Below, in pieces: positions 1 through 7,891 of a stretch of DNA of 64,000 bases. This DNA comes from Rhodothermales bacterium (GTDB taxonomy: Bacteria; Bacteroidota; Rhodothermia; Rhodothermales; Bin80), in the NCBI GenBank assembly GCA_022822185.1, contig JAJECE010000060.1, forward strand, positions 64,025 through 128,024. Reading direction: 5' to 3'. Both the position numbers and the translations under genes were made by a program. Below the pieces are notes generated by a model. It was not told the origin of the DNA. It made no database searches and saw nothing but the letters and a program-made list of their open reading frames with translations. The number at the start of each line of letters is the position of its first letter. Within the stretch, counting starts at the first letter, position 1.

Positions 1-27
1 GCTTCGGCTGGAAAGTTCATTTCTTCG

Positions 28-396
28 GTGTCAAGAGGGTATGTGACGGACGACACGAACTTGCTTCGGAAACTGCAGAGCGAGGGGCTGGAACCACACG
101 AGATCAACGAACTGAGTAACGAGCTTTTCAATATGGCTGGAATTAACATCATCGCCCAGTTTGGCGCAAAACTGGATGCAATGCAGGCGCAACTCGCCGC
201 CTTCTCCGAGACGACGCAGACACAACTTGCCGCCCTCTCCGAAGTCCACCAGACACAGATGGAGGCACTCCGGGAAGCGAATAGGTCTCAGTGGGAAGCG
301 CTAGACGGCCGATACAAACTATTGCTTTGGCTGATCGGCGGTGTCGGTGGCGTGCTCACATTCATTCTAGCCTACGGCACTTTTTTCTCGCAATAG
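28..396 (+). CDS. hypothetical coiled-coil protein with C-terminal transmembrane anchor (DUF1640-like)
   Basis: 122-aa ORF. It has a Q/A/L-rich heptad-like stretch (AKLDAMQAQLAAFSETTQTQLAALSEVHQTQMEALREANRSQWEAL) followed by one hydrophobic tail (LLLWLIGGVGGVLTFILAYGTFF). The family assignment rests on pattern resemblance only. Confidence 0.4.
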   Translation: MSRGYVTDDTNLLRKLQSEGLEPHEINELSNELFNMAGINIIAQFGAKLDAMQAQLAAFSETTQTQLAALSEVHQTQMEALREANRSQWEALDGRYKLLLWLIGGVGGVLTFILAYGTFFSQ

Positions 397-731
397 CAGG
401 CCTGTCGAACCTGTTCCCTTTATTTGTACTGGAGAGCGGTCATCTCGCTTCGACTGGCGAATTCATCTCTGCGGTGCCGGGCAGGTATGCGAATGGGCTG
501 CCGGTGTCCGGCCTGCTGAAATTGGGGCATGGCTCTCTGGTCAATTGCCAGCGACTGTGTACTTCCTATGAGGGGGAGCGCCCGGAGCAGCATCTCTTCA
601 GATCAAAACCCCTCTCCCCGTCGTGGATAATTTTGCGGATGGACTGCATGCGCAGGGTTGAATCTGAAATCTGCAACCTTTGAGGATATACCGGAAGACC
701 GCCGCATCCACATTCACGGGACCAGTTGACG

Positions 732-1808
732 TTAAATGGAATTTAGCGAATGTTCAGTGCCATTTAAATTTTTCTCTCCGACCAACAACAATAGATCACT
801 CTCTATCTTTCTCCATTCCTGATTTAGATTGATTGTACATACTCGGAATTTCCGTCCTGAAAGTTCAAAACGGAAGTCAAACTCTCGATCAACTGCCGCA
901 TAGAGGAGCCACCCTTCTGGAGCAGGAGCATCAGCGGAAACTTTGGCAGCCCAGTTCGTCACGTAGGAGGATATTTGATAGAGGTGAGCGGATCTTATTT
1001 GCTTATTGCCCCGTTGCGTTTTAGGCAGCGGAGTCTTATAAAATTTAGTGTCTATGATTATCGTGCGTTCGGGGGACCGTAATACGACATCGGTCTGCAT
1101 TTTGGGAAGATAGTTTAGATCATGATCCGTGCCTTTTGCCCCGTACCAGCCAAATTTTGGTGCCCGTACCTGATAATCTGTGTTTCGTTTGTAGAAATTT
1201 CTTACAAAGTCTTCAAACACTTTCCCCATTTTCTGCTCACTCTCTTGGAAGTCCAGGAATTGGACGGTTCCCAGAGTTTCATTTACCAGGAGATTCTCGT
1301 GGATGATCTGGCAGATGTGCAGGAGAAAGCGATAGAAGCGGTTGTTGCGATGAATTCGGACTGTGTGAAATTTCTTTGCGGTGAGACGGACATCGGAGAC
1401 CGCACCCAGTTTGCGATACAAGCGTTCGCTCCGCTGTTTTTCTTTCTGGTTCAGGGAGTCAATCTGTGTTAGGCGGCGAAGGGTTGCTTTCAGGATTTGA
1501 TTTTGAGGCACATCGTAGCTGAGTTCGTCAAAGGAACAGTGCGTCTTGCCATTTAGCAGCAGGTTCCGCTTTACGGTGGTTGCGAAATCAAGTTTGCCTC
1601 TGATTCCCCGGATGTCCTCATGGACGGCGAAGTATTCACGATCCAGCCCGTGAGAGATGAGTCGAAAGACGCCATCATTCAAAACTTTGGCAAACAAGTC
1701 AACCAAATCCTTAATGTTTTCGGATCCTAGATCAACCGTTTTGCCCTGTCCGATACGATCCCAGGCGTAGGCGAGGAGAAAGTAGATGTTACGGATAGGA
1801 ATTTTCAT
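732..1808 (-). CDS. mcrC: McrBC restriction system, nuclease subunit McrC
   Basis: 358-aa ORF. The N-terminus MKIPIRNIYFLLAYAWD is typical of the McrC family. There is a PD-(D/E)xK-like motif near the C-terminus (TDVVL...ERTIIIDTKFYK). A 4-nt ATGA overlap joins it to the upstream mcrB stop. Confidence 0.85.
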   Translation of the reverse strand: MKIPIRNIYFLLAYAWDRIGQGKTVDLGSENIKDLVDLFAKVLNDGVFRLISHGLDREYFAVHEDIRGIRGKLDFATTVKRNLLLNGKTHCSFDELSYDVPQNQILKATLRRLTQIDSLNQKEKQRSERLYRKLGAVSDVRLTAKKFHTVRIHRNNRFYRFLLHICQIIHENLLVNETLGTVQFLDFQESEQKMGKVFEDFVRNFYKRNTDYQVRAPKFGWYGAKGTDHDLNYLPKMQTDVVLRSPERTIIIDTKFYKTPLPKTQRGNKQIRSAHLYQISSYVTNWAAKVSADAPAPEGWLLYAAVDREFDFRFELSGRKFRVCTINLNQEWRKIESDLLLLVGEKNLNGTEHSLNSI

Positions 1809-3988
1809 TCCAGTAACTTATTGGCCTCTTTATCTACAGTTTCGGGCTTGTCAAACCAGTATTCCTGGAGTAAAGGTTTGATTTCCTGTTCGATAATCTC
1901 CGTATACCAGGGTTCGTCGAACTTTTCCCCACCGATGTTTGAACAGAAGTAGCTGTGTCCAATCTCAAAGCCGGGGCCGAGGTTTGCATGGTCTGCGCTA
2001 ATTTTTTCATTCAGTTCAGACAACCGGGAGATGATCTTTGTGACCAGTTCTTCAGAAACCTGCATATTCTCCTGGAGATATTTTTTGAACTGACTGTTCT
2101 TGAAGGCGGGAGGAAGGTGAATAAATGCAAAGCGTCTTCGCAGTGCGTAGTCCACCATTGCCAGAGACCGATCCGCCGTGTTCATCATACCGATCAGGTA
2201 GAGGTTTTCCGGAACATAGAAGGGGACATTTTCCGGCGAATAGGTCAGTGGAACCGCATACTCGGGGCCTCGCTTGTCGGCCTCAATGAGCATCATCAGT
2301 TCACCGAAAATCTTGCTGAGGTTCCCGCGGTTCACCTCATCAATGATGAATACATAACGATGATCCGGATTGGCCGCAGCTTTACGGCAGAAAGAGTAGA
2401 ATACCCCATCACGGAGTTCAAAGCCCCCCTCTTTACGCGGCCGAAAACCCTGTATAAAGTCTTCGTATGCGTAGCTCTGATGAAATTGGATCATTCGAAC
2501 CCTGTTTGGGGCCTTATATCCAATGATCAGATAGGCCAGCCGCTTGGCGATGAAGGTCTTTCCGACCCCAGGAGGTCCTTCAAGGACAATATTTTTCTTC
2601 CGTTCCAGAGCATTGATGATAGTATCCAGTTTATCCTCCGGAAGGAATAGATCCTTTAAGGCTTCCGGTTTGAGATATGGAGGATATATTAACCGAAAAA
2701 CGAATCGAATCCAACGCCTGTAGGATTCGTTGTCCTCGCTGAAGTCGGTGAGGGTTTTGCCGGTAATCTGCCGTGGCTTGGGGATCTTCCAGGAACCGAT
2801 CTTCTTCCATTTGATGCGTCGCACATTTTTGAGTGCAGGGCGCGCCTCATCAAATTCGTAGTCGGACTCAATGATGCCGTGTCCCAGCAGGCAAAGTGGA
2901 CCTTCCTTGAACAAGACATGATCGCCGGGTTGCATCTCACGAGCAAATTCATAGCAGGCATGAGCGTCAATGGTTGGTTTTTTCTTGCCAGAGATTTCAG
3001 AGAGTTTCTTGAGAATGTCTTTTTTATCATTGAACTTCCGTAGGTCACCTAGTTTATCCCATCCAATGGCGATGATCCCCTTTTCCTGAAATTCATCCCA
3101 GTTCTTTGCAAGTTGACCAGTGCCGAACACCCACACCCTGTTTTCCCCGAATTTTTCTTGATACCATTGGGCAAGGTCTTTTTTGGATGGCCACCAGATT
3201 TTCACATAGGGTTCGTCATGGAAATCAAAGTCGGGAGGGGCACCTTCCTCCAGGAGTTTTTTCCGGATGGAAAGAATCTTCTTGTCAAGGCCGTTCAGAT
3301 CCGCGTAGTCAAATGCCGCCGGATCTTCGCCGAATTTCAGTGCAAATGTACATACGATATAGTCCTTTTGGAATTTTGTGAAAGGTTCAAAATCGTCTGG
3401 GAAGAGCAGATACAGAAAAATGCGCCGAAGTTGAAGACTTGCGGCCTCGTCCTGCAGCCCAAGCCATTCCTCGAATTTCTGGGGTTCTTTAAGTAGTACC
3501 TCACGCTCCGAAGTTGGTAGATGTACTGTCCATTTTTCCATCGTTTGGATGAAGAAGAGCAGTTTCTGCCATATATTCACACTAAAGAAAGCTTGGCTCA
3601 GATGCCGAATACCTGGGCGAAGGGGCTCTCCGAGTTCAGGAGCATCGGGGAGCGGATCACCGGACCATTCCCATGCTTGACGAATATTTTGAAGTTTCGT
3701 TTTGGTACGCATTGCGTCCTGTTCAGGGATTAAGTACATCACCCAGAGCATTTCTGCAGCCAGTTTCTTCACCCCTTTAGGTGAGGGTGCCAGTTGTTTC
3801 TTCAGTTTATCAAGGAAACTACCTTCCCCCTCGTCCAGATTTTCTACGAAGTGCTTGACTAGGGATTTGATATTCTCCGGGGTCCAAAGATGATCATCGG
3901 TAAATACGGAGCCATTATTTAGAAGGCAGCGGTCTCGCCAGTGCCTGGCTGCTCGCAATACAGGGTTGTCTGAAGAGGGTTTGGGCAT
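1805..3988 (-). CDS. mcrB: McrBC restriction system, AAA+ GTPase subunit McrB with long N-terminal extension
   Basis: 727-aa ORF. The C-terminal motor carries Walker A GPPGVGKTF, Walker B FIIDEVNRGN, the McrB-signature MMNTADRS and an RRRFAF arginine finger region. About 450 aa precede the motor. Confidence 0.9.
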   Translation of the reverse strand: MPKPSSDNPVLRAARHWRDRCLLNNGSVFTDDHLWTPENIKSLVKHFVENLDEGEGSFLDKLKKQLAPSPKGVKKLAAEMLWVMYLIPEQDAMRTKTKLQNIRQAWEWSGDPLPDAPELGEPLRPGIRHLSQAFFSVNIWQKLLFFIQTMEKWTVHLPTSEREVLLKEPQKFEEWLGLQDEAASLQLRRIFLYLLFPDDFEPFTKFQKDYIVCTFALKFGEDPAAFDYADLNGLDKKILSIRKKLLEEGAPPDFDFHDEPYVKIWWPSKKDLAQWYQEKFGENRVWVFGTGQLAKNWDEFQEKGIIAIGWDKLGDLRKFNDKKDILKKLSEISGKKKPTIDAHACYEFAREMQPGDHVLFKEGPLCLLGHGIIESDYEFDEARPALKNVRRIKWKKIGSWKIPKPRQITGKTLTDFSEDNESYRRWIRFVFRLIYPPYLKPEALKDLFLPEDKLDTIINALERKKNIVLEGPPGVGKTFIAKRLAYLIIGYKAPNRVRMIQFHQSYAYEDFIQGFRPRKEGGFELRDGVFYSFCRKAAANPDHRYVFIIDEVNRGNLSKIFGELMMLIEADKRGPEYAVPLTYSPENVPFYVPENLYLIGMMNTADRSLAMVDYALRRRFAFIHLPPAFKNSQFKKYLQENMQVSEELVTKIISRLSELNEKISADHANLGPGFEIGHSYFCSNIGGEKFDEPWYTEIIEQEIKPLLQEYWFDKPETVDKEANKLLE

Positions 3989-4105
3989 CTTAAATCGGGT
4001 TCAAGCTGGTTATGTCAAATATCCGCAAAGGAAATGGTCAGGGGTAAATTCTGAGTCAGTGTGATTCACTTTCGATACAAAATTAGTTGTTGAACGAGCG
4101 TATCC

Positions 4106-4746
4106 TCACGTATCGATGTCAGCATCCATCTTGGTGCCGAGAAGTTCCTCCAGTTTACTGAGCAGCCGGTCACGCCGGCTTTTGTAGAAATCAGTAATGT
4201 CTGCAGGCACTTCGCCGAAGTCGTAAAGATGTCGGTATTCGCTGGCTTTTCCAGTTTCCATATTACTGAGCCAGTCCGCCGGAAGCATTGCACCTTTCTG
4301 CTCATTTTCTTCCTCTGTGAGCGGTTGATAGTCAGGCATCCCCCATGCACAGTCCTGGAACTGTGAGATGTCCTCTTCGGGAACACCGGCCTTTTTTAAT
4401 TTGAGCCATGTGAAACGGCTTTTTGGAAAGATATGATCAATGTGGAACCGATAACCCTGAATGTCCAGGAATGGGTACAAAGTTGCAAGGAGGCAAACTC
4501 ATAATTTTTGGATTTTGCCAAGTCCTGAAGCTCTTCCTGTGAGAAAGTCAAGTTCTTGCCAGGTCTGCTCATTTCCTCTTCAATCTTGTTAACGGGGAAA
4601 CCATTGTTACCGTGCTCTTTGATTACTTCCCTAAGTCGAATAAGCAGCAAATCCACCCCACTGTCCCCGCTGACAGGGAGAACATATTCTCTGCTCTCAA
4701 TCCGGCGGATTGCTCTATGGATCGTGATCAGAGACTGAAATGCCAT
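4106..4746 (-). pseudogene. decayed GmrSD-type (DUF262/DUF1524) modification-dependent endonuclease gene
   Basis: Two ORF pieces lie in different frames and overlap at 4396-4480. The N-terminal piece opens like DUF262 (IHRAIRRIESREYVLP) but lacks the following conserved core. The C-terminal piece has the DUF1524 His-Me finger (YRFHIDHIFPKS). The combined length is about 215 aa, against the 500-700 aa usual for this family. Confidence 0.55.
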
Positions 4747-5141
4747 TAAATTGTCTTTAGAGAATCAGTAAGCAAATATGAAGATACGACAATTATCGCT
4801 GATTCAATATGCCGGAAAATGCACAATACTACCGGAGGGAGCAAACGGGGAAATGCTGTGCAGGGCACCAGAGAAAGGGAATCTTTTCCGTAAAACCACT
4901 GCCCATATTCTTTGGCGAGGCTCAAAGCCGCAGTCAGTTTTGTCAGCGAACGGCGGATACGGAGCAGGTATACCCTGATACCGGATCAGATCAACAACTG
5001 ATCAATCACAGGAGGATTTTCTTCAATGGAGTGCACCCTTCACCCGGCCTGCGGAAACGATTCGGTTCCATCTCGCCGGCAGACAGTTCTATGTGCACCT
5101 TCCGAACGGTTCTGCGGTTCAGTCCGATCAGGATATGAGGT

Positions 5142-5328
5142 CTGTCAGCCCATGGATAAAGTGTGAACACAGAATTAGCCCGTGCAGTTGCAGGTCATAA
5201 ACGGCAAAAAAGTCTGTTCTTGATACTTTTAAGGCCGATAAACATCCCTTCTGCAGATATTTCCCGCAATCTGATCCTGAAAAATCAATTCCAAAAGTGT
5301 TGCCTGGATTTTATCCACGGGCTGCTGT
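5142..5328. repeat. MITE-like element bounded by inverted copies of a 21-bp motif
   Basis: Left end CTGTCAGCCCATGGATAAAGT (5142-5162). Right end ATTTTATCCACGGGCTGCTGT (5308-5328). These are imperfect inverted repeats of each other. They match the 21-mer found at 37245-37265 and 62706-62726. Confidence 0.4.
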
Positions 5329-5335
5329 AGGTTGA

Positions 5336-6803
5336 CTATGGTGAGGGACGCTCCACAAGGTCATACAAGGTGGTCATTTCTTCATAGGCGGCTGCACGCG
5401 TCCTCAGGTTTGCATAGCCGCGCCACAGGATGGCGGGGCCAGGCGGAGGATCGTGTTTGCGGTTTATGTAGCCGCCCATCATTGCCACGAGCAAGATGGC
5501 CGAAGCCAGATCATTGCTGTCTGGAAGGTTATAACTGTTGGCGTACACCCGAATCATCTGCAACTCGGACTCGGTAAAAAGCATCTCCGCCGGCAGTTCC
5601 TCGGCCATGTGCCTCAAAAACTTCATCAGCATGATGATCCACGCGGTAACCATATAGAGCGTGAGTTCAGGGTGCAAATACTGGACATCCTGCATTTCCA
5701 GCCTCTCTGCTTTGCAACCAGCCTTGAGGACCTGGAAAGTACCATATAAATGCCTGCGCAGGTTATAATATCCAAACATCTGTTCCGTCTCTTCCAGGCT
5801 TGTGATTTCTTTCGTGGTCAGCAGGTAACATTCAAGCGGGGTGGTATTTTCCGGCGGATAGAGTTCGCGCAGGCGTATTCCCCAGACCTGCGCGGAGGGC
5901 TGCGTGTGGTTCTTGGTCGGAGGCAGGGTCACTTTCCGAAACCGTACCTGTATTTGCATGTTTTGTGGTACTGGACCTTTATGGGTAGTCCGACCTGAAT
6001 TCCGCCAGTGACGCAGCGCATCCGCCTCCATGCGGATCACGCCTGCCGGCGTTGCGGTGCTCATCGTCTTGAACAGCGTTTCTCCATCCTTGCCCAACTC
6101 CCGGTCTTGCTCGGTGCGTACCAGCACATGCGTTCGCTTGAGTGTCTGCTGCGACGACAAAATCTCAAATGCATCGGCATCCCGATCCATTACAGAAAAT
6201 ATCTGTGTCTCATCTGCTAAGTCAGATGCTGCCTGATCAATGTCCCGAAGCCCGTAGAGACAGTTGCGGGTCTTAGGGGTCTTTTTTCCATAGGCACAGC
6301 GCAGTATGCCCAGCGGTAATCCATTCTCGTTCAGGGCAATTACTGCATGCGCACCCCGTTGGTCTCGGCAGATGTCGGCTTCTTTCCAGTGGAGGTCCGG
6401 ATCTTTGACTGCGTATTAAATGAGATCAAAGTGTCGCCCTGCACACACAAGACCACCGGCTGGGTTCGCATTCGTTCTATCGTCTGTTGCCGGTGCGGTG
6501 CCAGAATACTTTTTGGGGTATCCCCGAATTGGTCAGCATTTTGTGTGAATCGCCAGGCGGCGTTCACCGCCGAAGAATCAAGTTCAGGAATTATGCTCAT
6601 GGAGTCTCTCTGTTGAACCTCTTGCAAAACTCCCCATCTTGAAGGTTTTTGTTGACCTGAGGGGCATCCAGGTACACTTTTCCGCCTAGATTATTTAGCT
6701 TTGCAAGAACCCCTGTTGCATTAGTTACCAATGCCGCAGATGTGATTAAACGGGCATTGAGTTCCAGTTCGTACGGAAACCTCTTTTTAGATTCTAAAAC
6801 CAT
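5336..6803 (-). pseudogene. IS4-family (Tn5/IS50-like) transposase, multiply frameshifted
   Basis: Three consecutive fragments in different frames (6597-6803, 6340-6627, 5336-about 6340) together cover a Tn5-like transposase. They span an N-terminal domain, AAWRF..N...ILAPH, VVLCVQGDT, ALNENGLPLG, MDRDADAFE, LLTT..I and YYNLRRHLYGTFQVLKAGCKAERLEMQ. At least two frameshifts are present, near 6400 and 6600. Confidence 0.7.
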
Positions 6804-7041
6804 GTATACTTTTCTCTGAAGTCACTTAAAAGTTTTGATCCGGGAGAAGTGTGCAGAGTCAGGCTTAACCGTCAATGCTGTTGCCATATTGGATGCACGA
6901 GAAACAGAATGGGCCAAATATCTCATACGGAACGCAGGAAAAACCTCCGAAATCGCAGCATGCAATAAGCACAAAGCATCGCATACTTTTTCCCAAAATA
7001 CTCATAGGGAAGGGCAAAGAACCAGAAAAAACTCCCGAATG

Positions 7042-7116
7042 TGGGCGGTGAGGGATTCGAACCCCCGACCTCCTGCTTGTAAGGCAGGCGCTCTAAACCA
7101 ACTGAACTAACCGCCC
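7042..7116 (-). tRNA. tRNA-Val (anticodon TAC)
   Basis: The reverse complement GGGCGGTTAGTTCAGTTGGTTTAGAGCGCCTGCCTTACAAGCAGGAGGTCGGGGGTTCGAATCCCTCACCGCCCA folds as a cloverleaf. It has a 7-bp acceptor stem, anticodon loop CTTACAA and T-loop TTCGAAT. CCA is not encoded. Confidence 0.9.
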
Positions 7117-7120
7117 AGAG

Positions 7121-7193
7121 AGCGGGAAACGGGAGTCGAACCCGCGACCTTCAGCTTGGGAAGCTGACGCTCTACCGATTGAGCTATTCCCGC
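7121..7193 (-). tRNA. tRNA-Gly (anticodon CCC)
   Basis: The reverse complement GCGGGAATAGCTCAATCGGTAGAGCGTCAGCTTCCCAAGCTGAAGGTCGCGGGTTCGACTCCCGTTTCCCGCT folds as a cloverleaf with anticodon loop TTCCCAA. Confidence 0.9.
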
Positions 7194-7318
7194 GAAAGGA
7201 AGCAAAATAACTACAAGGTGCGTAAAAGGCAAGATGTAGGGTTGTGCAAGTGCGAATCAAGTGCCAAACGGACAAGATTCCACAGCCCGGTTTATCTTAC
7301 AAGAACAAATAGAGTTCC

Positions 7319-7474
7319 ATGAAACGTACTTATCAACCAAGTCGCCGGAAACGTCGCAATAAGCATGGATTCCGTTCCAGAATGGCAGATAAGGATGGCC
7401 GCAATGTGCTGGCGAGACGCCGCCGGAAAGGTCGCAAGAGTCTTTCCGTAAGCGATCGTTACGTTGGCAAATAG
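7319..7474 (+). CDS. rpmH: 50S ribosomal protein L34
   Basis: The ORF is too short for the supplied track. It translates to [51 protein letters not shown], the canonical L34 sequence. It lies directly upstream of rnpA. Confidence 0.95.
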   Translation: MKRTYQPSRRKRRNKHGFRSRMADKDGRNVLARRRRKGRKSLSVSDRYVGK

Positions 7475-7477
7475 TGA

Positions 7478-7888
7478 ATGACGACAGTTGCTGAGCAGCG
7501 GTTTCCGCGTTCGATGCGACTGAAGCGTCGGCGGTTGATTGCGCCACTTTTTGATCGGTCTGCCCCCGATACCAGATCTCTGGCGGCCGGAAGCATTCGA
7601 ATACTGTATCGTTTTGTCCCCCGCAGTATGACCGGGACCGATACGCCTGTACAGGTCGGGTTTGCACCCGGCCGACGCAGGAATGCAGTGCAACGCAATC
7701 ATGTGAAACGCCAGATGCGGGAAATCTGGCGCAGACACCAGCATCTGATCGGGGTCCACGCCTTTGCTGCAACGCAGACACTCACGCTGATGGTGGTCGC
7801 ACGCAGTTCGGACCGCACTCAAAGACTTTCCCATGACCTCTTACAGGCGATGCACCTTCTGCATCAATCATTAAATAAGGTAGATTAA
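7478..7888 (+). CDS. rnpA: ribonuclease P protein component
   Basis: Basic 136-aa ORF (RLKRRRLIAPLF..., NAVQRNHVKRQMREIWR) in the conserved rpmH-rnpA-yidC position. Confidence 0.85.
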   Translation: MTTVAEQRFPRSMRLKRRRLIAPLFDRSAPDTRSLAAGSIRILYRFVPRSMTGTDTPVQVGFAPGRRRNAVQRNHVKRQMREIWRRHQHLIGVHAFAATQTLTLMVVARSSDRTQRLSHDLLQAMHLLHQSLNKVD

Positions 7889-7891
7889 CAC

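Noticed and set aside
4750-5141. About 400 bp of apparently non-coding DNA with short ORFs on both strands (for example 4809-5138 plus; minus-strand frames reading ILIGLNRRTVRKV...).
   Set aside because: There is no start codon and no recognisable family. It is probably eroded coding sequence of the island. It cannot be assigned without a database search.
5308-5328. The 21-bp motif contains TTATCCACG, which matches 8 of 9 positions of a DnaA box (TTATNCACA). It occurs in a window full of origin-linked genes, so an oriC element was considered.
   Set aside because: Conservation extends over 21-22 bp, well beyond a DnaA box. The copies are tens of kb apart, do not cluster, and each sits beside transposase genes or remnants. 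A terminal repeat of an IS explains them better.
7257-7834. 174- and 180-aa minus-strand ORFs covering rpmH and rnpA.
   Set aside because: The plus strand encodes canonical L34 and RnpA. The minus-strand products are featureless.
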